The notes: generated by a model not told the origin, from the letters alone. 64,000 nucleotides of DNA from a virus (IMGVR_UViG_3300021407_000008); one strand, 5' to 3'; positions 40,444 through 49,439 are shown, counted from the stretch's first letter. Program-made: numbers and translations.

Positions 40444-40551
40444 GCCTGTGCATCGCTAGCCAATGTACATCTCGCCAGTCAATGTTTTCTCCTTCCCAAA
40501 AATTGAGAATAGTAGTCGCAATCCATGCGAGTATTTTGTGGAAAGTAATAT

Positions 40552-41385
40552 TCACAGTATCCTCCGTTTATTCTCTACCAATGGGCGACCGTACTCGTTT
40601 AAAGGACCACCTCGGTAGCTGGTTAAGTGGGCAATTATCTTTCTTGGTCGATCTGCGGGGTTTATATTCTCGGAATAAGCATAATTCAATAACCATTCGC
40701 GGAACTGTTCTACGGTTGGTTTAATGTTGCTATCTAGGAATTTAGATAGTACAGCAGAATCGCTAGCATCCCAATTTGGCTCTACATCTGGAGCTAGATA
40801 CTTACAGCAATTAAGTAAGATTTCCTTACACCGAGAGAACTTACTCCTTACGTCGTCTAATGGTATTAAAACTAAATTCTCCGCCGAAGGCGTAGGATTA
40901 TTACTTAGTCTTGTTAATTGAGTCTTGTTAGTAGGCATCTGAGAAGGGATTAACCCGTCTGTGGGAAGGGATTCCAATCCCGTCTGTGGGAATGGATTCC
41001 CCGTAGAAGGGGTTTTTTTTACTGGTAAAACGGTGTAAATAGTCTTGGCCGTACATCCCACTCCATCTCTTTTGAAGCTTATCAATCCAGTATCTAGTAA
41101 AGCCTTAACGCTTCGCCGTATGCTACTTATTGAAATACCTAGTTTTTCAGCCATCAAGGATTGAGAAGGAAAACAGTTTCCGGTTTTATTGTCGGCATGA
41201 CGACAAAGAACAGCGTAAACCGCCAAGGCTATAGCTCCCACCTTTTTTGCGTGTTGGTCAACAACCTCGTTGTCAATCCAAAGGAAATTTCCGCGTACAT
41301 CCCTAACTTCAAATACTTCATCTTGTTTTTCTTTCACCCACAGACACCATCCCATGCGCTCAAAAGAGCTACGAATTTTAACCAA
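40552..41385 (-). CDS. Replication initiator-like HTH protein with internal iterons
   Basis: HTH segment MAEKLGISISSIRRSVKALLDTGLI. Direct repeats lie inside the coding region. Confidence 0.45.
   Translation of the reverse strand: MVKIRSSFERMGWCLWVKEKQDEVFEVRDVRGNFLWIDNEVVDQHAKKVGAIALAVYAVLCRHADNKTGNCFPSQSLMAEKLGISISSIRRSVKALLDTGLISFKRDGVGCTAKTIYTVLPVKKTPSTGNPFPQTGLESLPTDGLIPSQMPTNKTQLTRLSNNPTPSAENLVLIPLDDVRSKFSRCKEILLNCCKYLAPDVEPNWDASDSAVLSKFLDSNIKPTVEQFREWLLNYAYSENINPADRPRKIIAHLTSYRGGPLNEYGRPLVENKRRIL
40941..41030. repeat. Iteron-like direct repeats (putative replication origin) followed by an A/T tract
   Basis: gaaGGGATTaaCCCGTCTGTGGGAAgGGATTccaatCCCGTCTGTGGGAAtGGATTcccc then ggggtttttttt. 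Confidence 0.45.
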
Positions 41386-41514
41386 ATAATCAGCGATTAT
41401 CCCCTATTAGAAGTATAGACGGGGCGGGTTCGGAATAGGGGTACCGAGAAACCCGCCACGCATCTAAATACTTCAGAGAAAACTATAAGCCCACGCCAAA
41501 AGAAATTGCAAGCA

Positions 41515-43089
41515 CTAAAACACCCCTTCTTGCGACTCGTCCTCTACTGCAATAGATTCTATGCTCTGCCACACTCTGCCATTAGCGTCGGTTGAAACCG
41601 AGTAATCCCACGATAACTTGTTACCAACGCCTGCTTTCAGTGAAGTAAATAACGCTTCTTTGAAGCACTGAAAAGTCGAATGTGGATCGTGTTTTGGGTC
41701 GGATTCCAGATGTTTTACCTTAACTGTGCAAAAAGGTTTACCGCTCTTGGTTTTAAGCGGCGCACCGTCCACTGAATCCTTGTCGTTGTAACTGGCTATT
41801 TCAGCGGAAATTGAACGCATGTTAGCCCCCAACGGAAAAGCGGTTTGCGTAAATGCTGGCACCATGGTTTGTGATGGCGTTTCCTGCGTATTAGAAGCCG
41901 CTGGCTGCGCGTTTATAACCTTTTCCGTGCTGGCCAATAGGTCGGCTGGTATAGCCTCTTTGGTGATGGGGTCGCGGGCAAACTTATTCCCGTCTATATG
42001 GACGATTTCTTTGATGCTCAACAATCCTTTCGCGCCCCGCTGGACCATGAAACCAGCCTTTTTCTTACCTTTGGACATTAGCACGGCGCGGAATAAATGC
42101 TGATCGTAGAGGTAAAGCGTGGTATCTCCGATACATTTGACGCGAAAGAATTGCGCTCCTAGATGCTTCTTTTCCTCTGGAAGTGACTTGTTTTCTTCTA
42201 TTTGCTTTGGAGATAGGCGCGTCATACCAGTAACGTCTACATCCAAAACGGCAGTTTCCAGTGGAGTAAGTTCTGGAGATGGTTTGTCCGACTTCGGGCG
42301 GGCACGCTCGGCTTCGCGTTCATTGAATTCCGGCGTGCTTGCTTGCGCTACCCTGTCGTCTACACTTTGTAACAAAACCCCCTCTTTCGGGGAGTTTTGT
42401 GCAACTTCCGCGTCGATAAAAGCACGATCATGCCCGCGATTTGGCTCTTTGCTGACTTCCAGTGTGGCGCGTTCTACCTCGCGGCGAGATTGGCGCAGCG
42501 ATTCACGCACATTATCGTCCACTGTAGGCGGAATATCGGCAGCCTCTTCTGCTGTAATCAAACCACGCAAAGCATCGGAAAACTTGTCGCGCATTCCGAA
42601 TCCACGGGCGCGTTGTTGCAACATGCGATCTGGGTAGGTTTGCCATGGCCCTTCCTTACCCCAAAGCCTAGCTTTCTTGGCATCCGAAACGCTGAATCTG
42701 GTTTCGTGCCACTCTTGTCCTTTACGCTTAATCTGGAATACAGCCACACGCCCATCGCCAGAGCCCTCAAAGAATTCTTTATGGCTTTCATAGGATGGGT
42801 GGGACTGGACCACGCCTAGGGCCGCATCACCCCACAAGCACGGCCTGCCGTTGATTACGGCGATGTTCTGCAATGCCTGTAGTGGGGATAAACCGACTTC
42901 TGCCCCCATTTGCATAGCAATAAGAACATTTCCCGGCTTACCCTTGAAATCTCGCGGGGCAAGGTCGGACTTGGCAATCATGTCTGCAAAGGCGATTGCT
43001 TCGGTTAGGTTGGTTGGTGCGAATGTTTGCGCCTTTGGTACGATCATGTGGCGCGGTTCGGCTTTTACTACGGCGAGTTCTTCTGACAT
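41515..43089 (-). CDS. RecT-family single-strand annealing protein with an extended C-terminal domain
   Basis: GNVLIAMQMGAEVGLSPLQALQNIAVINGRPCLWGDA is RecT-like. Confidence 0.6.
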   Translation of the reverse strand: MSEELAVVKAEPRHMIVPKAQTFAPTNLTEAIAFADMIAKSDLAPRDFKGKPGNVLIAMQMGAEVGLSPLQALQNIAVINGRPCLWGDAALGVVQSHPSYESHKEFFEGSGDGRVAVFQIKRKGQEWHETRFSVSDAKKARLWGKEGPWQTYPDRMLQQRARGFGMRDKFSDALRGLITAEEAADIPPTVDDNVRESLRQSRREVERATLEVSKEPNRGHDRAFIDAEVAQNSPKEGVLLQSVDDRVAQASTPEFNEREAERARPKSDKPSPELTPLETAVLDVDVTGMTRLSPKQIEENKSLPEEKKHLGAQFFRVKCIGDTTLYLYDQHLFRAVLMSKGKKKAGFMVQRGAKGLLSIKEIVHIDGNKFARDPITKEAIPADLLASTEKVINAQPAASNTQETPSQTMVPAFTQTAFPLGANMRSISAEIASYNDKDSVDGAPLKTKSGKPFCTVKVKHLESDPKHDPHSTFQCFKEALFTSLKAGVGNKLSWDYSVSTDANGRVWQSIESIAVEDESQEGVF

Positions 43090-44078
43090 TTAGCTCCCTC
43101 AATTTGGATTAGAGATTTTTCAATCGTGCCCGTTAGATCAGACGGCAACGATATATCCGTTCTGCCGCGTCCACGCGCATATGGGCAGGTATTCCAGAAC
43201 GAACAATATTTTTCCGCGCAATACCATGCAACGTCCGGCGCTGGCACAAACATGCCACTGCGTATCGTGGCGATTCCATTCGCTAGGCGACTAAGGTAAT
43301 TGTCTATGTCGTCTAGATTGCGGACACTCTCAAGCGTAGTTGTGTTAACACCGCGCTTTAGATCAATGGTGTAGTCTAATTTAACCGCGTCTGGCAGTTT
43401 CCCATCTAGAACCTTAGATGCAAGACTGTACGCCGTGAGTTGGCTGCTTTCGTGCGCGATATCTGCGCTGGGGGTTTTCTTTGAGCTTTTTGTGTCCCTA
43501 ATGACCAGCCTTTCCCCAACAGATTCCACGATATCCTGCTCACCAACGAAATCGTAGCCCTCTCTAGCGGCTGCGTTCATTTGCGTGGCCTGATAATGCA
43601 GCACCTTGCGGGCATGGCTCAGCGTTTCCATTTCCGCTTGTTGGTGTAAAAACTTAGCCCTTGATCGTAAGAACTTGTCAAGATTTATGGAAAATTTACG
43701 GGCTACTTTAAACGGCTCAATATCTGGCGCAATTTCACAATGATGGGCCTTGGTTAAGCGCACCGCCTTATCTGCAACCGAATCGCGAATCTGTTCGATA
43801 GACTGGCCCTTTTCTTCATCCTCTGGCTCCAAATCGGTATAGTCGGCTTTTTGTGCCGAATCTCTGGCAACATCTAAAACTACCGACTCTTTCTCTAGGT
43901 CGCCCGTATCAATCTTGTGGTTAAGGTCTGTGCCAACGCCAGCATCTATGGCTGTACCGCTAATCAGGAAAGTTTTAGGACGGCGGCGCTTGTGCAGCAG
44001 GTAAATATTGGAAAATTGGATTCCACATTTACTCAGCGTTTCCATGCCGGATTGGTGAATCTGCTTACGCCACCCCAT
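43068..44078 (-). CDS. PD-(D/E)XK exonuclease (Cas4/RecB-like) partner of RecT
   Basis: C-terminal CxxxxC...C cluster (EKYCSFWNTCPY) and an IRDTK motif. Confidence 0.45.
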   Translation of the reverse strand: MGWRKQIHQSGMETLSKCGIQFSNIYLLHKRRRPKTFLISGTAIDAGVGTDLNHKIDTGDLEKESVVLDVARDSAQKADYTDLEPEDEEKGQSIEQIRDSVADKAVRLTKAHHCEIAPDIEPFKVARKFSINLDKFLRSRAKFLHQQAEMETLSHARKVLHYQATQMNAAAREGYDFVGEQDIVESVGERLVIRDTKSSKKTPSADIAHESSQLTAYSLASKVLDGKLPDAVKLDYTIDLKRGVNTTTLESVRNLDDIDNYLSRLANGIATIRSGMFVPAPDVAWYCAEKYCSFWNTCPYARGRGRTDISLPSDLTGTIEKSLIQIEGAKCQKNSP

Positions 44079-44578
44079 TAAAGTCCCGTTTCAATGTAAT
44101 AGTCGATGCGTTTACACGCTCGCTCTACTTGGCGTTTGGGGGTTAACTCCTCGAAACCATCGGAAAACCGATCCGGCCATTGGTCAACGAAGAATAGTAA
44201 ATTGTTGTCGCCTTCTGGTAATCCTAGATATTTAGTAGCGTTATCCTCGGTTTCATCCCCAAAGTCATAGACTGCCACTTGTTCCTCTCCCAAGGTTTTT
44301 ACAAAACGGGGCTTGATTTTTCCTGCCATCATTAGTGCGGAGCCAGCTAGGCAGGCCACCGTGCCACATGGGGGTTTTTGTGCCAAAAATGTCCGTACCG
44401 ACAAATCAAAATTTACATCTTGGTGCTGGTCGATTAGAACGGCAAGTGGGTTCGCGGCCAATTTTAGTGGTTCCTTGACGGCTGTTCCCCACCACGACAT
44501 ATCAAATCTGCGTGGTTCTTTACGAATAAATTCTTGTAGCTTGCGAAGCTTTTTAACTGTAGCTTTAGACGGTTTCAT
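44078..44578 (-). CDS. Hypothetical protein
   Basis: ORF. Confidence 0.35.
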   Translation of the reverse strand: MKPSKATVKKLRKLQEFIRKEPRRFDMSWWGTAVKEPLKLAANPLAVLIDQHQDVNFDLSVRTFLAQKPPCGTVACLAGSALMMAGKIKPRFVKTLGEEQVAVYDFGDETEDNATKYLGLPEGDNNLLFFVDQWPDRFSDGFEELTPKRQVERACKRIDYYIETGL

Positions 44579-44847
44579 TATGCGCTCCTTTTTTCGTTCG
44601 CAATATGTTCTGCCCGACTAATAAATATCGTGTTCTTGCGGCGCACGGCAGACCACTTGGAACCGTAGACATTGTTGCGGTTGAGGACTTGAAATACCCA
44701 CAACTGCAACTTCATGGCAGCTTTTGTGTCGTCACACTCTACCGGTAAAGCGTGCCCCGGATTTAGCGTAGACAGTTTCGCTAAAATTGGCGAGTAGTCT
44801 GCCTTGTAAGTAATTTCGGTTTTATTAACTGGCTTTAAGATTTTCAT
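44578..44847 (-). CDS. Hypothetical small protein
   Basis: ORF. Confidence 0.3.
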   Translation of the reverse strand: MKILKPVNKTEITYKADYSPILAKLSTLNPGHALPVECDDTKAAMKLQLWVFQVLNRNNVYGSKWSAVRRKNTIFISRAEHIANEKRSA

Positions 44848-45397
44848 GCTTCCCCTTTTCTAGTTGGTCCCATGCGTTGAGATAATTGAGATAGTCGTGA
44901 CGTGTGCTATATGACCCAGGTCGATTCATGCGGTTCTTTGGCTCTAATGAACAAACAGTTTGTAGCGGCATTAAAGCGTGCGGCATAATTAAAAACCCTT
45001 TTGGGTTTACGCCGATACAGAAATCGCATTCCACTTGCGGTGCCCGTATCACAAAATAAACGTGGTTACCAATCTTGTGCGGCGACATTTTAAAGATGTA
45101 GCACAAATATCCGTTGACGTAAACTTTGCGAGTAGACTTCCGAAAGCAATCGCTAACCAAGCTTTCTACCTTGAATCCTCGGGCAATGGCCGCTTTTACG
45201 AATGGATGGTCTGGCGGAGCAGCCAATCGCTCAATCCTTCGCGCTGTTTGTCTATCGTGGCCCGTGGTGCCAAAATACTTTGTCTCTAGTTGCCGCACCC
45301 TTTCCCGCGTGCAACCAACCCTGTCCGCAATGTGCGCTTGCGGTAAGTCTAATTGGATTAACCGCTTGATTTCTTCATGGTCAAAGCGTGGTTTCAA
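44825..45397 (-). CDS. HTH (sigma region-4-like) putative transcriptional regulator
   Basis: IADRVGCTRERVRQLETK. Confidence 0.35.
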   Translation of the reverse strand: MKPRFDHEEIKRLIQLDLPQAHIADRVGCTRERVRQLETKYFGTTGHDRQTARRIERLAAPPDHPFVKAAIARGFKVESLVSDCFRKSTRKVYVNGYLCYIFKMSPHKIGNHVYFVIRAPQVECDFCIGVNPKGFLIMPHALMPLQTVCSLEPKNRMNRPGSYSTRHDYLNYLNAWDQLEKGKHENLKAS

Positions 45398-45849
45398 AAT
45401 GCCTCCTCTTCCAAAAGCGGGTAGAAATTGACTCTGCCGTGTTCCAACTTGGCCTCAAAAACAAATACTTCCCAGAGTTTACGCTTACCGCGCTCTCCAA
45501 CTTGACCCCAGCCATGAACGTGAATACGATTTCCTGCCTGCAAGATGTTGGCTGCATCTGGCGAAGCCAGAATCTTATTACGCCTCGCTGACTGATTCCC
45601 GCGAGACGTTGTTTGCACGTAAAGAGTGCCTACCACGTCCGACTTCACGGCTACAAGATCAGCAAATCCAAAGCAATCTTGCCGCATTCGGATTATTTTG
45701 TTCCCGTTGGCCCTGTCTGGGAAGGAAATCCACTTTTCCACATTGGAAACACTGTAACCTCTATCCCTTAACCATTTGGTTGAACGAGTGGTTGTTGTTA
45801 CAGAATGTTTTTTGGGTGTCTCGATTGTAGGCATCAATGTTTTCCGCAA
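45394..45849 (-). CDS. Putative PD-(D/E)XK nuclease (Hjc/RecU-like resolvase)
   Basis: Spacing E...FADLVAV...LYVQTTS is Hjc-like. Weak call. Confidence 0.3.
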   Translation of the reverse strand: MRKTLMPTIETPKKHSVTTTTRSTKWLRDRGYSVSNVEKWISFPDRANGNKIIRMRQDCFGFADLVAVKSDVVGTLYVQTTSRGNQSARRNKILASPDAANILQAGNRIHVHGWGQVGERGKRKLWEVFVFEAKLEHGRVNFYPLLEEEAF

Positions 45850-46089
45850 ATCATAATTTCTTTTTTAATAGCTAGGCCAACGCCACCGGGGTCGTCTTTA
45901 ATCTTCCGCGCCCCTTCTTTGTCTTGATAATGATGAGCATTTGGAATGCGCGGATAGACAACTTCGTGCCGTTCGGTTGTGACGCGCCGCGCCTTTTCGC
46001 CAGCCTTGCTTGACCGCTTGCAAATACCGCAGATGAACATTGTTCCCCTCTGTTTAAAAATAGGGACGGCGTTGCACCGTCCCGCAGGT
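45834..46089 (-). CDS. Small zinc-ribbon protein
   Basis: MFICGICKRS... from an internal start. Confidence 0.3.
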
Positions 46090-46530
46090 TTAGGCAACTG
46101 TCGCGTAAGGCGACTGTACTTCTGGAACTGCTTCTGGTGCGAACGTGGAACGATATCGCTGCAAAAGTAGAACGGCATTCTTGAGTGTAGAAATTTGCTC
46201 GTAAAGTGAATTGATTTCGCCGTTCTTTTCGGAAATCATGCTATCAAGAACGGAAACAAATTCGGTTGGATTGTTGAGCATTGCCATGAGTGGGCTGACT
46301 TGCGGAGTACGTTTAATGTACTTGCGGGTGGTTGTGGCCGTCTTGTGAGATAACTTTCCGGTCTTATAAGCACGAGAACCGGTACTGGTGCCGCTAACTT
46401 CGTGAACCGAAAAGCGATGACTTCCTAATGCGCCACGTCCGTTAAACGTTGTTCGCGTACCTTCTGCTGCACATTCAGGACAGCCAAACGGCGGCCCTTG
46501 AATGTCTTTGTTTTGAATCGTTGTACTCAT
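46090..46530 (-). CDS. C2H2-like zinc-finger protein
   Basis: FGCPECAAEG...GSHRFSVH. Confidence 0.35.
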   Translation of the reverse strand: MSTTIQNKDIQGPPFGCPECAAEGTRTTFNGRGALGSHRFSVHEVSGTSTGSRAYKTGKLSHKTATTTRKYIKRTPQVSPLMAMLNNPTEFVSVLDSMISEKNGEINSLYEQISTLKNAVLLLQRYRSTFAPEAVPEVQSPYATVA

Positions 46531-46619
46531 TTTGGTTTCTCTCTCCTGTGTGAGTGTACTGCTTTCTCTAACTCAGATGACAAGAGTTTATAAAAGGATG
46601 CAAGGTGTGTCAAGAAATT

Positions 46620-46702
46620 TGGTGCCGCTGGGGAGATTTGAACTCCCATGCCCGAAGGCGCTGCATTCTAAATGCAGTATGTATGCGTTCCATCACAGCG
46701 GC
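46620..46702 (-). tRNA. tRNA-Leu(TAG), class II
   Basis: 7-bp acceptor GCCGCTG/CAGCGGC. Anticodon loop TTTAGAA. Long variable arm, T-loop TTCAAAT, CCA encoded. Confidence 0.55.
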
Positions 46703-46704
46703 AT

Positions 46705-46787
46705 TGGTGCCAATGGAGAGACTTGCACTCTCACGCCTTGCGGCAACGGGGCTTAAATCCGTCGCGTATTCATTCCGCCACATTGGC
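46705..46787 (-). tRNA. tRNA-Leu(TAA), class II
   Basis: Acceptor GCCAATG/CATTGGC. Anticodon loop TTTAAGC. GNRA variable arm. CCA encoded. Confidence 0.55.
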
Positions 46788-46793
46788 AAAACT

Positions 46794-46884
46794 TGGTGGG
46801 TGCGGATCGAATTGAACGACCGAGGCTCACATGGAAGCCACTGGTTTACAGCCAGTCCGAGATTCCCAACATCTCAACGCACCC
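46794..46884 (-). tRNA. tRNA-Tyr(GTA), class II
   Basis: Acceptor GGGTGCG/CGCACCC. Anticodon loop CTGTAAA. Long variable hairpin. CCA encoded. Confidence 0.5.
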
Positions 46885-46889
46885 AAAAA

Positions 46890-46978
46890 TGGCAGAGGGT
46901 GGAGCATCGAAGCCCTAGCCCATCCCTGAGCTACCCACGGGTTCAAACCGCGTCGCCAGCCACTCTAGCGGCACCCTC
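46890..46978 (-). tRNA. Class II tRNA, possibly Ser(TGA); fold partly unresolved
   Basis: Acceptor AGAGGGT/ACCCTCT plus CCA. Candidate anticodon loop TTTGAAC. T-arm is ambiguous. Confidence 0.35.
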
Positions 46979-46979
46979 T

Positions 46980-47070
46980 GTGGCGGAGAGAGCGTGTGCT
47001 GACCACGCGTGCCCCATTTCTGGAAGCTCATCTTTAGCAAAGATGCGGTTTTACCGTTCACCCATCTCTC
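46980..47070 (-). tRNA. tRNA-Ser(GCT), class II
   Basis: Acceptor GGAGAGA/TCTCTCC. Anticodon loop TTGCTAA. CCA encoded. Confidence 0.5.
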
Positions 47071-47100
47071 CGTTTTAAAATTGTCAAAGACCTTAAACTT

Positions 47101-47185
47101 TGGTAGGCCAGAACGGACTTGAACCGTTACGCCTCGCGGCAGCGCATTTTGAGTGCGCCGTGTCTGCCATTCCAACCACTGGCCT
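47101..47185 (-). tRNA. tRNA-Leu(CAA), class II
   Basis: Acceptor AGGCCAG/CTGGCCT. Anticodon loop CTCAAAA. GNRA variable arm. T-arm ACGG-TTCAAGT-CCGT. Confidence 0.55.
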
Positions 47186-47271
47186 AAATTTTTACAGGGA
47201 TAAATAATACGAGCGCAGCGCGTATAGGCTGCTACTGAGTCGCAATGAGAGTGATAGAGTCATTGAAGTTT

Positions 47272-47347
47272 TGGGAGCAAGCCTTGGAGTCGAACCAAGT
47301 ATCCTTGCGTTATGAGCGCAAGATGAATTCCGTTTCACCCTCTTGCT
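47272..47347 (-). tRNA. tRNA-Met(CAT) (or Ile2/fMet)
   Basis: T-arm CTTGG-TTCGACT-CCAAG. Anticodon loop CTCATAA. CCA encoded. Confidence 0.5.
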
Positions 47348-47354
47348 TTGATGA

Positions 47355-47543
47355 TTAGAGCACGGGCACTGAAGTTGTGTCAAGTTTTTTAGCAATAAAA
47401 CCTCTCTTGGCTACTAAATATTGTTGCAGTAATTCTCTATAGTGAACTTGGCTTCTGGCGGTTCCGTACTTTTTCTTGCAACCAAGAATATAGCGACGAT
47501 AGGCTAACATTACATGTTCTCGGTTTGGGTGTGGATGGCTCAT
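47355..47543 (-). CDS. Small basic protein
   Basis: 62-aa ORF between tRNA genes. Confidence 0.3.
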   Translation of the reverse strand: MSHPHPNREHVMLAYRRYILGCKKKYGTARSQVHYRELLQQYLVAKRGFIAKKLDTTSVPVL

Positions 47544-47708
47544 TAGTATTTGGCGGTTGGCGGCTTATTCCACGCTCTTGTGGGCGGTACCGCTGCCCGA
47601 ATTACCGGCTGCAACTAGTGGTCGATCTACCGGTAGGGTCATCCCGTTTTGTTCCCTTTAACGACCCATGCCACTATCGGTGAAACCCGCCGCCAAGAAG
47701 ATTAGATT

Positions 47709-47886
47709 ACTCTGGCCACTCTCGCGGTGCAAGTTCTATGTTGGATTGTTCTAGCCATTGGGCATATGGTAACGGTTCTTTTACGGTGCGACAATAACGC
47801 TTGTAGCGTCCAATGGCAATACGTTCTCGCAGAACTACCTTGCCTAGCTTCTTGCGCCATTCTTGCTGAATTGGACGTGCTCTCAT
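47709..47886 (-). CDS. Small basic protein (about 59 aa)
   Basis: Manual translation gives MRARPIQQEWRKKLGKVVLRERIAIGRYKRYCRTVKEP... Confidence 0.25.
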
Positions 47887-47907
47887 AAAGTTAAACGGGA
47901 TAGCTTT

Positions 47908-47975
47908 CTGGCATACGCGGAATCGAACCGCGAACTCGGGTATCTCCGAATGTTGCCATTAACACTATGCGCCCT
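47908..47975 (-). pseudogene. tRNA-like element, possibly a degenerate tRNA
   Basis: Canonical T-arm CGCGG-TTCGATT-CCGCG, but the acceptor is imperfect and the anticodon loop has 6 nt. Confidence 0.3.
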
Positions 47976-48014
47976 ACTCGCTATCCCTATCGCGATTCTA
48001 TAGCATCGCGAATA

Positions 48015-48088
48015 CTGGTCCGGGTGGACGGAATTAAACCGTCATCTTCTGATCCCAAATCAGAGGCTCGATCTTCCAGCTACACCCG
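48015..48088 (-). tRNA. tRNA-Pro(GGG)
   Basis: Acceptor CCGGGTG/CACCCGG. Anticodon loop TTTGGGA. T-arm GACGG-TTTAATT-CCGTC. CCA encoded. Confidence 0.5.
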
Positions 48089-48193
48089 GAAACTTTTCTA
48101 ACGGAAACGTCGCGGGCCGAATCCGCGCTTTTGTAAATCCAACTTCATGGCCAGCAAGCATACCGCGTCCGGTTTCTCGTTGTCCGTTAGTAT

Positions 48194-48271
48194 TGGTGAG
48201 CAGTCTCCGAGTCGAACGGAATTCTGGTCGGCTTCAGCGACCCGCTAAATGACCCCACTAGCTCACTGCTC
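48194..48271 (-). tRNA. tRNA-Phe(GAA)
   Basis: Acceptor GAGCAGT/ACTGCTC. Anticodon loop CTGAAGC. T-loop TTCGACT. CCA encoded. Confidence 0.55.
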
Positions 48272-48353
48272 AAATTTGGTGGACCTGGACGGTTATCCTC
48301 CGTCTGCCTCCGCATTGCAAGTGCGGCGCTCTCGTAAGTGAGCTACAGGCCCA

Positions 48354-48433
48354 TGGGGTGGACGGTCGAAGTTGCATCGACAAAAGCACGGTTCCACAGA
48401 CCGGCCCGACATTCTGATAGTCGGCACGTCCAC
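48354..48433 (-). tRNA. tRNA-His(GTG)
   Basis: Acceptor GTGGACG/CGTCCAC with discriminator C. Anticodon loop CTGTGGA. CCA encoded. Confidence 0.45.
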
Positions 48434-48436
48434 AAC

Positions 48437-48508
48437 TGGAGCCGACTGTGCGTGATGATCGCACTCCGCAATGGGTACAAGCCGCTGCGCCCTCCCGAGG
48501 GAGTCGGC
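48437..48508 (-). pseudogene. tRNA-like element with no resolvable anticodon arm
   Basis: Perfect acceptor GCCGACT/AGTCGGC plus CCA. T-arm GTGCG-ATCATCA-CGCAC. The middle region does not fold canonically. Confidence 0.3.
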
Positions 48509-48513
48509 AAAAC

Positions 48514-48588
48514 TGGAGCCGCGAGAATGAATCCAACATTCGTAGGTTGCTTACCGAGCAACTGAACTAAGCACTGTTCTATCGCGGC
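48514..48588 (-). tRNA. tRNA-Thr(GGT)
   Basis: Acceptor GCCGCGA/TCGCGGC. D-stem GAAC/GTTC. Anticodon loop TCGGTAA. CCA encoded. Confidence 0.55.
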
Positions 48589-48590
48589 GG

Positions 48591-48662
48591 AGCCGGTACG
48601 GCGAATTGAGCGCCGATAACGAGTTTACGAATCTCGCATTCTTCCACTTGAATTATACCGGC
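48591..48662 (-). tRNA. tRNA-Thr(CGT) (no CCA encoded)
   Basis: Acceptor GCCGGTA/TACCGGC. D-stem ATTC/GAAT. Anticodon loop TTCGTAA. Confidence 0.45.
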
Positions 48663-48669
48663 CAAAAAC

Positions 48670-48744
48670 TGGAGAGCCGTGAGTGAATTCAACACTCGTA
48701 TAAGGTTTTGCAGACCTCAGCCTAAAGCACTCGGCCAACGGCTC
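48670..48744 (-). tRNA. tRNA-Cys(GCA)
   Basis: Acceptor GAGCCGT/ACGGCTC. Anticodon loop CTGCAAA. CCA encoded. Confidence 0.5.
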
Positions 48745-48748
48745 AATA

Positions 48749-48823
48749 TGGAGCGGTCGGCGGGAATTGCACCCGCGACGTTCTGTCTGGCAGACAGACA
48801 TTCTCGCTGCTGAATTACGACCG
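48749..48823 (-). tRNA. tRNA-Gly(GCC)
   Basis: Acceptor GCGGTCG/CGACCGC. D-stem ATTC/GAAT. Anticodon loop CTGCCAG. CCA encoded. Confidence 0.55.
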
Positions 48824-48993
48824 CAATTCTTCCTGCGCTTGTTTGCGTGTTGCGCCCTCCTTAATTCTGCGCTGAATATATATCTCGCGCATATATTTCA
48901 TTGTTTGCGCATTGTCTATGGAGCGAACATCCGAATCTGCCTCGGAACCAAGAGAGTGGAAATCTCTGATGCTGCTAATTACACCATGCTCGC

Positions 48994-49338
48994 TCATTCG
49001 CAACAAACTCCTTCCCTGTTAGTCGCCGTGCATTCCAAGCAATATTCCACGGCATGTTTTATGCACGGATAACCTTTCCAACCCTCGCGAGCCATATATT
49101 TATCCCAATGGCTTGCTACCCAATAACGCGGGCGAGACAATGAACCACAACGGTCATCCCAGCATTCCTTGCAACGCGCAGAACCAGCACCTTGCTTTGT
49201 TTCCTGGCCGCAATCGATACAGTAAGTGGCGGGAGTGGACGGTAATGATCCGCCTTCGCGAGATTTGGAGGCTCGCCGCTCACCTTTTGCATCTTCACTC
49301 CCGAATACTAACTTTCTTGCGAATTCAAGATACTTAAA
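48994..49338 (-). CDS. Cys-rich zinc-finger small protein
   Basis: CIDCGQETKQGAGSARCKEC...CLECT. Confidence 0.35.
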   Translation of the reverse strand, partial: FKYLEFARKLVFGSEDAKGERRASKSREGGSLPSTPATYCIDCGQETKQGAGSARCKECWDDRCGSLSRPRYWVASHWDKYMAREGWKGYPCIKHAVEYCLECTATNREGVCCE

Positions 49339-49357
49339 CATTGTTTTCCTTTCAAAA

Positions 49358-49434
49358 TGGCGCTCCGTGCGGGAGTCCAACCCGCTGTTTCCGTCGTGAC
49401 AGGACGGCGGCTATAAGCGTTCGCCCAACGGAGC
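49358..49434 (-). tRNA. tRNA-Asp(GTC)
   Basis: Acceptor GCTCCGT/ACGGAGC. Anticodon loop CTGTCAC. T-arm GCGGG-TTGGACT-CCCGC. CCA encoded. Confidence 0.5.
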
Positions 49435-49439
49435 AAACT

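Noticed and set aside
40941-41030. Possible CRISPR array suggested by short direct repeats
   Set aside because: Only 3-4 imperfect repeats with 6-10-nt spacers, inside a coding region, and no cas genes nearby. Better interpreted as iterons.
46532-47395. ORFs 46532..46756(+), 46605..47078(+), 46915..47175(-) and 47192..47395(-)
   Set aside because: They overlap densely packed tRNA genes. No coding features were seen.
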